A DNA stretch of 64,000 nt from a virus. Lineage: Duplodnaviria > Caudoviricetes. Shown in pieces: positions 39,015 through 47,666 of this stretch. The stretch lies in the IMG/VR virus record IMGVR_UViG_3300020399_000132, positions 64,001 to 128,000 of that record; one strand, written 5' to 3'. The translations under genes and the position numbers were made by a program. Below the pieces are notes generated by a model. It searched no databases. It was not told the DNA's origin and saw only the letters and a program-made list of their open reading frames with translations. Each line of letters begins with the position of its first letter. Positions within the stretch are counted from its first letter, which is position 1.

Positions 39015-39709
39015 TCTTTAACCATCGTTAAATCATTACAGGGTCTATATAAATCACCTGTCCAAAAATCTCTAAGATCAAAATCATGTCCCTTCCATGG
39101 CATTGTTTGATTAAAATAACATATAGTAGGAACTTTCATTAATCTAGATAAATGAGCTATACCACCTTCAGAGCAAATACTAAAAGAACAATTCTTTAAT
39201 ATAGATTGTACCAAATAACAATACTGTTCAAAATCATAATCTATATCATATATTGTTTCTCCAGCAGATCTTTTAAAGCTAGGAATCAATACAACTTTAT
39301 ATCCATCTTCTTTGAGATCTTTAAATAAACTCTGTAAAGTATAATGTCCAACAACTTTATCTTGATGATGAGGAGACTGTGAATGATGCTTTGTATATAA
39401 CCATATAGCACAATACTTTTCATCGCAGGAACTATGTAACACTTCAGCTGGCCAATACTCATGATCTTGTTGACTATATGGCGTTTCTTTTCTTTTTATA
39501 TACTCACCAAACTCATGTTTAATTAAAGAATTAGATTTAAAAAGTTTAATAACCCTTTGTACTTGCCTATGTGTGCGTGGTTGTAAATGCCATTTTATAG
39601 TTGTTGGTTCTTTGGCTTGTTGATATTCATACGATAAATGATTAATGAGATCTCCAAAGCCAGTGCCAAAACCTCTATGTGTCCAAAATTTATTAATTAT
39701 TTTCATCAT
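38999..39709 (-). CDS. Glycosyltransferase-like hypothetical protein
   Basis: GFGDLI and SEGGIAHL (GT-B-like) motifs. Confidence 0.5.
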   Translation of the reverse strand: MMKIINKFWTHRGFGTGFGDLINHLSYEYQQAKEPTTIKWHLQPRTHRQVQRVIKLFKSNSLIKHEFGEYIKRKETPYSQQDHEYWPAEVLHSSCDEKYCAIWLYTKHHSQSPHHQDKVVGHYTLQSLFKDLKEDGYKVVLIPSFKRSAGETIYDIDYDFEQYCYLVQSILKNCSFSICSEGGIAHLSRLMKVPTICYFNQTMPWKGHDFDLRDFWTGDLYRPCNDLTMVKECYMY

Positions 39710-40466
39710 CTACATTAATACATCCTACAATATGTATTCTACTTACCTTTCGCGATAAATTAATTCCTGAATGATATACCTCTGTATTCATTAAATGAAC
39801 CTCTCCCGGATATATGTGGTATACTTCTTTATTGCCTTCTATGTTTTCTATAAGATGAAAGCTATCACTATCACCACATAAAGGTATATGAATCCTCATA
39901 CTGGGATCATGATGCCATGACAGACACGATTTAGGTTTTAATAACATCAATCGTGATCTATACATTTTTAATTCTTTAAGTAAATTATTAGTATAAATCA
40001 TTTCCGGAAATAAAGGAATTATAAAATCCTGTTCGCTATATCCTGCTTCTGCTATTTCTTTAAACTCTCTGGAACCAAAATAAACATCATCTTCTTTTCC
40101 CTCAGCTCCTTGAATCATGATTTGACATATGCCCTCTGTTTTCCAGTCTTCTCCAACAACCCTTATCTCTTCAAGGATTTTATCAACATCAATATCATGT
40201 CTAAGAGGCATTGTTCGATTATCGCCTATGTCTGCTCGTAAAGTCATTCTTCCCCTAATATTCGAAAAGTGTTCACATTTTTTAGCAACTCCAGGAATCA
40301 CTGGTAGTTTTATTTTTTTATTTCCTACAAAAATTCTATATTGATTTTTTTCATTTCCACATCTTACTCCCTGACCTAAAGCAACCATCCAAGACATAAA
40401 TTCACAATTATAACAACATTCATAATCTTTGGGGATTTGATTTCTAGTATGTAAATTATATTCCAT
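39693..40466 (-). CDS. Asp/Asn beta-hydroxylase-like oxygenase with Cys-rich N-terminal module
   Basis: RSRLM, SWHHD, RIHIPL, HSGIN, RIHIV. Confidence 0.7.
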   Translation of the reverse strand: MEYNLHTRNQIPKDYECCYNCEFMSWMVALGQGVRCGNEKNQYRIFVGNKKIKLPVIPGVAKKCEHFSNIRGRMTLRADIGDNRTMPLRHDIDVDKILEEIRVVGEDWKTEGICQIMIQGAEGKEDDVYFGSREFKEIAEAGYSEQDFIIPLFPEMIYTNNLLKELKMYRSRLMLLKPKSCLSWHHDPSMRIHIPLCGDSDSFHLIENIEGNKEVYHIYPGEVHLMNTEVYHSGINLSRKVSRIHIVGCINVDDENN

Positions 40467-40542
40467 GGAGTTGCCGACAGGAGTCGAACCTGCATAAAAC
40501 AGTTTTGCAAACTGTTGCCTTTAACCATTCAGCCACGGCAAC
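40466..40542 (-). tRNA. tRNA-Cys(GCA)
   Basis: Cloverleaf, anticodon loop TTGCAAA, U73, encoded CCA. Confidence 0.93.
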
Positions 40543-40544
40543 AC

Positions 40545-40561
40545 TGGAGTGAGTAACAGGC
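40545..40561 (-). pseudogene. 3' remnant of a tRNA
   Basis: CCTGTTACTCACTCCA = T-stem 3' strand + acceptor 3' strand + CCA, with no 5' half. Confidence 0.45.
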
Positions 40562-40563
40562 AT

Positions 40564-40872
40564 TTAAACTTCTTCAGCTGTTACCATTAAAGGAAATTGA
40601 TTTTCTTTTGCGTGCTGCATTGATTCATATACTTTAGTTTCTGCTATCTGCAACGAGTAAATACCCGCTACACCTTTTCCTTTTTGATGGACGTTCAACA
40701 TTATTGCTTCAGCTGCCGTTGATGAATGACTAAAAACTATTTGTAATAGATATACTACAAATTCCATTGGAGTAAAATCATCATTATGAAAAACAACTTG
40801 ATATTTATTAGGGGCTTTCAGTTTTTGTTTCGACGTTGACTTCTTCTTTATAATTATTTCTTCTGTATCCAT
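40564..40872 (-). CDS. clpS: ClpS N-degron adaptor
   Basis: YQVVFHNDDFTPMEFVV, MLNVHQKGKGVAG, IAETK, FPL. Confidence 0.95.
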   Translation of the reverse strand: MDTEEIIIKKKSTSKQKLKAPNKYQVVFHNDDFTPMEFVVYLLQIVFSHSSTAAEAIMLNVHQKGKGVAGIYSLQIAETKVYESMQHAKENQFPLMVTAEEV

Positions 40873-40888
40873 CTTTATACCATTATTT

Positions 40889-40964
40889 TGGTAGGCGATA
40901 TTGGAATCGAACCAATGACCTGATGCTTGTAAAACACCTGCTCTCCCAACTGAGCTAATCGCCT
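40889..40964 (-). tRNA. tRNA-Val(TAC)
   Basis: Cloverleaf, loop TTTACAA, A73, CCA. Confidence 0.93.
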
Positions 40965-40967
40965 ATG

Positions 40968-41051
40968 TGGTGGGGAGAGATGGAGTCGAACCATCACAGC
41001 CTCAGGCGGCAGATTTACAGTCTGTTGAGCTCACCAATGCACAGCCTCCCC
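40968..41051 (-). tRNA. tRNA-Tyr(GTA)
   Basis: Loop CTGTAAA, class II variable arm, A73, CCA; minor mismatches in the D and anticodon stems. Confidence 0.88.
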
Positions 41052-42380
41052 ATTAAGTATTTCTACTAACAAAGGATCTAAGTAGTCTTTATAACTTTGA
41101 TCCCTAACTTCATCTAAAATAATTATTTCCGTTTTCATTTTTTTAACATCACCATTATGATTATCAATCGCGTTTTGTATTTGACCAACTAAATTATGAA
41201 TATTAAATCTATACCACTTCTTATATTCTTTCCCTCTTATAGTTGCATGTACAGTATCAGATTGTGCAACAGTAGCTATTCCAGATTCAGTAATATCTAT
41301 AATCCGATCAAGAGCAATCTCTAATAATTCCTTTGGCATATTCCTAATTGATGTTCCCCTATTATCTGGATACATTTCTGAAAAATGAATATACCAATCA
41401 GGAATTTTATAGTGTGCACATTTATTACATATCCATTCTATATAATCAGCAACATTTAAAATATTTAAAGATGACAATACCATATTAAAATATTGATGTT
41501 TAATATTTGTACATGTACTAAGATAATGATCTAAACTTTCATTTAATTTTTTCCAATCAGAATTATGTCGGATATAATTATATGTTCTATGGGTGCCATC
41601 TATACTGAACGTATGCCCCTGCTCTTTAAAATTATTTAATAGTTTTGATAGTTCCGGTGTAAACTGAGTAGCATTAGTATGAAACTTTAAAATTGTATTT
41701 TTACTTGCTTCCGTTTCGACATATCGTTCTAATACTTTAACTACTCTTCTATCATAAAATGGTTCGCCTCCAGAAGCTTTTAACATTGTTATCTTGTGTG
41801 TATTATTCAATAACCAATCAATAACACTGTTATTATCTTTATCATAGATAACACCTTTTACATCAGGCATTGCATTATTACTAGCTTTCATAAAGGAATT
41901 ATGTAAACCCTTTACTTTCATCTTCTCAACGTCTTTACCCAATTGATGAGATGAACCCACATTACACATTCTGCAGGCTAAATTGCACAGGTTAGAAAGG
42001 GTTATGTCAAACTCAAACAACCCTTCTTGATTGGGATGAGGTGGATCAGAAGAATCAGAACATTGTCTAAATGATTCTAAACCATCTTCCTCCATCTTCC
42101 AACAAACGGTACATGCTTTATTCTTTATACCATTAGATAAATCATTTCTAAGTTTTTCAAAAGATTCATGATTAAATATTTCCTCTGGACTTAAACCTTT
42201 TAAAGATCCATGGCCTAACTCATGATGTTTAACTGAACCATCTTCTTCTGAAGTAACAGGGTTCATCATCATGCAACAAGGAGTTACATTAATGGGTTCT
42301 CTTCCATCTTTAGACCATTTCTTAAAAGTCATGGCATGAAATGGATAATGACAATATGTCGGATGTGTCTTAGGATTCAT
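41031..42380 (-). CDS. Radical SAM protein with N-terminal twitch/SPASM-like Cys cluster
   Basis: CNLACRMC, SGGEPF, SIDG, YIR. Confidence 0.9.
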   Translation of the reverse strand: MNPKTHPTYCHYPFHAMTFKKWSKDGREPINVTPCCMMMNPVTSEEDGSVKHHELGHGSLKGLSPEEIFNHESFEKLRNDLSNGIKNKACTVCWKMEEDGLESFRQCSDSSDPPHPNQEGLFEFDITLSNLCNLACRMCNVGSSHQLGKDVEKMKVKGLHNSFMKASNNAMPDVKGVIYDKDNNSVIDWLLNNTHKITMLKASGGEPFYDRRVVKVLERYVETEASKNTILKFHTNATQFTPELSKLLNNFKEQGHTFSIDGTHRTYNYIRHNSDWKKLNESLDHYLSTCTNIKHQYFNMVLSSLNILNVADYIEWICNKCAHYKIPDWYIHFSEMYPDNRGTSIRNMPKELLEIALDRIIDITESGIATVAQSDTVHATIRGKEYKKWYRFNIHNLVGQIQNAIDNHNGDVKKMKTEIIILDEVRDQSYKDYLDPLLVEILNGEAVHW

Positions 42381-43312
42381 TCAAATAAAATAGAAATAGA
42401 TTCATTATGATTAATTCTTCTAATCGCTTCTGAGAACATAGGTGCTATTGTTAATACTTTTACACTATTAGTTTCAAGATTTGGTATAGTATCTGTTATT
42501 ACTAAATTTGATAGGGCATCTGACTCTTCCATTTTACGTCCACCACCCTTACTTAACACTCCGTGAGTAATATACGCGCTGACTTCAATTGCTCCTTCTT
42601 TCTTTAATGCCTCAGCAGCTTTTAGAAGTGTACCACCAGTATCTACAATATCATCTACTATTATACATTTTTTCTTATTCACATTTCCAATAACATTCAT
42701 CGAAGCAATTTGATTAGCTTGCTCTCTACGTTTATCGATGATCGCTATATCTAATTGTAATTTCTTAGCCACCTTTCTTGCTCTGGCAACACCACCTGCA
42801 TCAGGAGAAACTATAACACCATTCCTTGCTATTACCATTCGATTGGGATGGGTTTCTAAATCATTAACAAACAATGGCATGGCTCCTAAATCATCTACTG
42901 GAATATCAAAGAACCCTTGTATCTGTCCAGCATGTAAATCCATTGTTACTATTCTATTAGCACCTGCCGCCTCTAACATGTTTGCCACTAACCTAGCCGT
43001 TATGGGTGTTCTGGAAACGGGCTTTCTATCTTGTCTTGCATAACCGAAATAAGGAATCACTGCAGTAATTCTACCAGCTGATGCTCTCTTACAAGCATCC
43101 ATTAGAATCAATAATTCCATTAAATTATCATTGGCGGGATTACAAATACTTTGAATGATGAATACATCCTCACCACGGACATTCTCTTTGATCATACAAG
43201 AGAGTTCATTGTCTGCAAATTTAATAAGTTCTACTTCACATAAATGTTGTCCACAATGTTGTGCAATGGACACTGCTAAATTATTATTTGAATTTCCAGC
43301 GATCAGTTTCAT
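42377..43312 (-). CDS. prs: Ribose-phosphate pyrophosphokinase
   Basis: PYFGYARQDR, DLHAGQIQGFF, VSPDAGG, VDDIVDTGGT. Confidence 0.97.
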   Translation of the reverse strand: MKLIAGNSNNNLAVSIAQHCGQHLCEVELIKFADNELSCMIKENVRGEDVFIIQSICNPANDNLMELLILMDACKRASAGRITAVIPYFGYARQDRKPVSRTPITARLVANMLEAAGANRIVTMDLHAGQIQGFFDIPVDDLGAMPLFVNDLETHPNRMVIARNGVIVSPDAGGVARARKVAKKLQLDIAIIDKRREQANQIASMNVIGNVNKKKCIIVDDIVDTGGTLLKAAEALKKEGAIEVSAYITHGVLSKGGGRKMEESDALSNLVITDTIPNLETNSVKVLTIAPMFSEAIRRINHNESISILFE

Positions 43313-43487
43313 TTAACCTTTACGAATTCAGTTTCATTACCTACTTTTTTAGTTTTAATATATCCTTCTGATTCAAGCATTTCTAAAGTTCTATTAGCTA
43401 CCTTATCTACTGCTATATGCCAAGCAATGCGATATCCGAAGTATGATCCTATTACATAAGCTATTAAATTTTGTATCCACGGTTCCA

Positions 43488-43748
43488 TTATTTCCTCTTA
43501 TTCCTTTGAATGTCATCCAAATAATCTACACCTTCTTTTAAATGATCATAGGGGCCTGGTAGTACTCCTTCATATTTTTTTAGTATATCTTTTCGATGTT
43601 GCTTTACGGTCTTTCTTATATTCTGTTTTATTTCTTTTTTAGTGGGCATTGTGATTGGCTCCCTTATTTTAAAAGCTGAACTGATTTCTGCTTCTATTAT
43701 TCCTTGAACATAGTCCCAAGAATTATTCTCTACTGATATTTTGTACAT
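43488..43748 (-). CDS. Hypothetical protein
   Basis: AAGGAG RBS; late-promoter-like CATAAATA upstream. Confidence 0.65.
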   Translation of the reverse strand: MYKISVENNSWDYVQGIIEAEISSAFKIREPITMPTKKEIKQNIRKTVKQHRKDILKKYEGVLPGPYDHLKEGVDYLDDIQRNKRK

Positions 43749-43774
43749 CTCTCCTTTAATATATTTATGTGGGG

Positions 43775-43849
43775 TGGCTGCCTAGGCTGGGCTCGAACCA
43801 GCGACATTCTGATTAACAGTCAGATGTTCTACCACTGAACTACTAGGCA
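43775..43849 (-). tRNA. tRNA-Asn(GTT), canonical
   Basis: TGCCTAG/CTAGGCA acceptor, loop CTGTTAA, G73, CCA. Confidence 0.95.
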
Positions 43850-43857
43850 TTAAAACA

Positions 43858-44066
43858 TGTAGGGTAGAGCCTAGACTATCCCGAAAGATAACTCTTGCAA
43901 GACACTCGGGTCTCGTTCATCAAAAGTTATCTACTCCCTCACCCGGTGGCACGTACCGTTGGTCTTATTGGAGGGGAACTCTTAACTTCATCTAGGTAGA
44001 TCACTTAGTCGCACTCAGTACTAAGGTCCGTCCCCCGTTCCTGGCTTTAGTGTCGTTTACCCTACA
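43858..44066 (-). ncRNA. Candidate ~209-nt structured ncRNA upstream of tRNA-Asn
   Basis: Closing stem TGTAGGGTA/TACCCTACA plus several internal helices; no ORF called in the track. Confidence 0.65.
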
Positions 44067-44068
44067 AT

Positions 44069-44323
44069 TCAAATCATCTTATACCATTCAGTAGGTATCT
44101 TATCTAACATCATACAGTTTTTATATAAGTCCGATCGCTTCCTCATAAAGCTACGAGCAGTCGTATCATTATTATATATTCGTCCTTCAAATCGGCCATC
44201 ATTATATTCAACTATTAATCCGCAATGCCAGACACGGCCAGACGCAGCCAAGTCCCCCATCGCTCTCACAGGAACTTCCGCAACTCCACACGCCGACAGC
44301 GCGCGCTCTATAAGTTTACCCAT
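44069..44323 (-). CDS. Hypothetical protein
   Basis: ORF. Confidence 0.55.
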   Translation of the reverse strand: MGKLIERALSACGVAEVPVRAMGDLAASGRVWHCGLIVEYNDGRFEGRIYNNDTTARSFMRKRSDLYKNCMMLDKIPTEWYKMI

Positions 44324-44393
44324 ACTCTCTTTTCGTTTAGCCGTAGGCTGATTATTTATTAGTGGTTTAGGGCGCGAAGCGCCCTTCGGCTCG

Positions 44394-45212
44394 TCACTTC
44401 TTCTCTAGACCTTCGCCAAAGGCTGTTTCTGGTAAGGAACGTTCCAGATCCGTTAGATCTTCATCTGATGCAGCTAAGTGCAAAACTTCTCCATAAGCTT
44501 TTCTTTGATCTCTCTCACTCTCTAATTCTGCAATGAAATCATTTACATCCATAGCGGCTCCTTGTGGCTTTGATGTCTCTTCTGTCTTCTTCCTTGTCTC
44601 TAACTTTCTTTTCCTCTTGCTCCAGGATTTCTTTGCTTGGTCCTTCCAGCTCTGTCCATCTATATTTCCATCCGAAACAAGTTTCTGTATTTTTCCACCA
44701 CCTGCTAAGAAATCATCTACTGCGTTTCTAATCTGTTGCCTATCTATTATATCATCTACGCCTTTCGATGCGGCAGCAGCACTTTTCAGGCGGTTCTTGT
44801 CGGCGCTAACTGTACCTGCCCATTTCTTACGCACGGCTAAATTTTGTTTGTTTGCCTTAGCAATAATAGAATCTTCTTGTGCTTTCTTTGTTGCTTTTTT
44901 CTCTAGTAGATCTGTTCCTGCCACTCCACGTTTAATCTTACCACTAATCGCTGCGTTAGAGAATCCTGTAGCACTTGCAATTTCTGCTACGGTCATTCTA
45001 GTTTTTCCTTGCGAGTCTACAGCAAATACTCTAGGATTTTTTCCGGAGCGTTTTGCACCTTCTGAATTACGCTGTAAATAAATTGTATCTGCATCGTGAT
45101 TAAACTTATGCATTAGATTACTCATCCTACAATACGAAAGATTAAAGAGCTTTGCTAGCTCTCTCATCGTGTGTAGGGATTCGTGGAATGGGTATAATTT
45201 CGCTTTAGCCAT
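44394..45212 (-). CDS. Putative DNA-binding protein (two HTH-like repeats)
   Basis: TMRELAKLFNLSY...; MTVAEIASATGFSNAAISGKIKRG; own sigma70 promoter. Confidence 0.6.
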   Translation of the reverse strand: MAKAKLYPFHESLHTMRELAKLFNLSYCRMSNLMHKFNHDADTIYLQRNSEGAKRSGKNPRVFAVDSQGKTRMTVAEIASATGFSNAAISGKIKRGVAGTDLLEKKATKKAQEDSIIAKANKQNLAVRKKWAGTVSADKNRLKSAAAASKGVDDIIDRQQIRNAVDDFLAGGGKIQKLVSDGNIDGQSWKDQAKKSWSKRKRKLETRKKTEETSKPQGAAMDVNDFIAELESERDQRKAYGEVLHLAASDEDLTDLERSLPETAFGEGLEKK

Positions 45213-45258
45213 AATCTTATCTTTTCTTAATTGGTTGTTATTTAAAATATAATATTAT

Positions 45259-45287
45259 ATTATAATATATTCGGGGCAACATGTCAA
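45259..45287 (-). promoter_or_regulatory. Sigma70-type early promoter
   Basis: TTGACA (45282-45287)-17-TATAAT (45259-45264). Confidence 0.75.
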
Positions 45288-46011
45288 CGTTTTTCTTTCG
45301 CAAATGGAAAAAAAATTTTTCCGAAGCCTGGTCCCGATTGAGGAAGCGGTTTACATAAGGCCGCCAAGTCCTACTCTTACTTACTTAGGACCTGCTCTTG
45401 ATTCCGGAAGCCCTGACTCGAATGCGGTATTACAATAAATAAACATTAACGGTGGGAGATGTTAAAAAATAAAAAAAAATTTTGTATTAGATTAGTTTAT
45501 AGCCTGATGCCTAAGCCTATAGGGCTATGACGATTACGGTACACTCTATTGCAGGTAGGGGGGTGCATGTGTTGTTCTCTCTATTGAACGAGCAGAGTGT
45601 GTTGACCGTTTCATATCTCTACTGAGCTTGTAGCTAGCACTCACTCAGCCGCGTCATGTGCGTTGCAGATATGCTACACTAGTTTGACGACACTTAGTCC
45701 GATGCTTCAATCATGATGAGCAGTCGGACGACTCTGCTCGAAGCTCGTATATATAAGAAAAAAAATATAGCAGAGGATAATTTTATTACGTAGCTCTGAG
45801 CTTATCCCACGTTCACATTATCCTCCATAACATATATCTATCTGAGTCCCGCAATGCATGTTCGCGCTTGTCGTATACACGACTACGTAGGAGCTGGTCG
45901 ACTACTCGTATATATGCTTAGCTATATACGCTGTATCTCTCATTGTATGTTAGACAGGGACTCCGGCGGCGAGAGAGATGGAAGCGCGAAGCCCCTGTAG
46001 AAGGCGCGTTA

Positions 46012-46260
46012 CTAGTTAAGTAATTCGCCATCATGTATATACTGCAGCAGTTCGAACTCTGCTACGTCTTGTTCATATATGCTTACTGCGCCGTTCAGAT
46101 GCTCTATGGTTTTTTGCAGTCTATTATAGAGAGTTGTATCTGAACGGTCGCTAGCTTCCCATATACCTAATAGTGTATCTAGCTCATTTAATTGACTATC
46201 GATTCGACTCGATAAATCATTGCACAATTCTGCTGCTTCGTCCATTGGTTGATTATACAT
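46012..46260 (-). CDS. Hypothetical early protein
   Basis: ORF. Confidence 0.6.
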   Translation of the reverse strand: MYNQPMDEAAELCNDLSSRIDSQLNELDTLLGIWEASDRSDTTLYNRLQKTIEHLNGAVSIYEQDVAEFELLQYIHDGELLN

Positions 46261-46636
46261 AGTCTATTGTTCTTCCCGGTCGTGGTTTATTGTTTACTAA
46301 ATTTGTATATTTTTCAAAACGTGCGTCCCACTCTACGCGAGTAGCACTAAGATAATTCCGCATCTCGGATTTCGAAATAGCGATCTCCATATCAGTTTTA
46401 AAATTTTCGGGAACTTCAATTCCACCGAGGACTTCTTCGTTGAAATATTCATTGGGGGGATTGACGATGTAACTGTAAACGAATTCTACAGCTTCTTCAA
46501 CAGATGGAGCACCGGAGACAATGTAATCATCACCGCCTTTACATTTCCACATCTGCGGACAGTCACCTGAACCGTTCCAGTCGTGGGCTCCATAGTTTTC
46601 ACGTATCTGTGATTGTACGTGTACTTCAATACTCAT
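46253..46636 (-). CDS. Conserved phage hypothetical protein
   Basis: QIRENYGAHDWNGSGDCPQMWKCKGG; start probably MSIEV. Confidence 0.7.
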   Translation of the reverse strand: MSIEVHVQSQIRENYGAHDWNGSGDCPQMWKCKGGDDYIVSGAPSVEEAVEFVYSYIVNPPNEYFNEEVLGGIEVPENFKTDMEIAISKSEMRNYLSATRVEWDARFEKYTNLVNNKPRPGRTIDYV

Positions 46637-46654
46637 AATCTCTCTCATGATATG

Positions 46655-46850
46655 TTATAGTTCATTCATATGATACAGATAACCTTCGAGGTCCAAGAAC
46701 GGTCCTCCTCCAGCCTTACTCTCTGCTAAGCTAATTCTACCGATATCGTCGTAATTCTCATCGACGAACGTATGATAAGCACCGACCAAATCACGATGTG
46801 GCTGACACAAATCTAAATCACTTTTATCTATTTCACTCAATTTTCTCATA
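46655..46850 (-). CDS. Hypothetical early protein
   Basis: Likely start MRKLSE after GAGAGAGG (start coordinate approximate). Confidence 0.55.
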
Positions 46851-46888
46851 ATGTCCTCTCTCAAACTCTTTCTTTATTCTCTATATAT

Positions 46889-46972
46889 ATTATACCACAT
46901 CTAGAGAGAAATGTCACGGTTTTTCTTTCGCAACAACTTCAATGAGTTACCTGGAGTGCGTTGATATTATTA
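46889..46972 (-). promoter_or_regulatory. Sigma70-type early promoter plus 42-bp dyad
   Basis: GTGACA (46912-46917)-17-TATAAT (46889-46894); dyad 46931-46972. Confidence 0.75.
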
Positions 46973-47666
46973 ACAAAGAAACTTTCCTTTTTTTACAGAA
47001 ACCTACAGCGTAGCTGACACGTTACTGCAATTGTTGATTCAGTATATCACTATTCATATAGTAGAATATTTTAGTTGATTTCTAAATTTTTTCGCTTTTT
47101 TGCCTGCGGCGCCGTTTATATCCACTCTCTGAGAACATTTATACAGCTTCTACTGCGCATTAACCCGGTTTATTTACCGTTTCTAAACGGTCTCATATCC
47201 GAGATTCCTGTTCGATAAAAGAGATCCCGGGATAAGGAGTAATAGAAGATCTATGAGATCTACCACGAATAGACGTCAAAAACAGGAGAAAAGTCGATAT
47301 CTGGTGACCTTTCTCTATAGTATATCCTATGATAGTCTATGTAATATGAATGATTATTGTTTGTTTTTATGCCAAGAATCATGTCGAAATATTAATTGTG
47401 CTTCTGATACTTGTTTGACTTTTTGTATCATTTCTATATGAGATAGTCTCTTATGTAGTTGCCATCCTATTACTATCCATATTAGAGTTAACATAACAAT
47501 TAATGTTGTATTAAACCATGGTTTCATTGTTACGGATTGTTGTTGTTATCAGACTTCCTATACACATTCCGAACCCTGTGAAGAGAATGAGTCCGATGAT
47601 CATATTGGTTGAGTACATTGATATTATATCATTTGCTAGTGTAGTACATTCCATTGTATTATCCTA

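Noticed and set aside
44367-44396. TGA followed by a hairpin as a second SECIS
   Set aside because: The frame closes after only 8 codons and there is no Cys-like context.
45589-45740. Hammerhead ribozyme
   Set aside because: CTGAG and GAAAC occur on the minus strand, but the CUGANGA core and stem arrangement do not fit.
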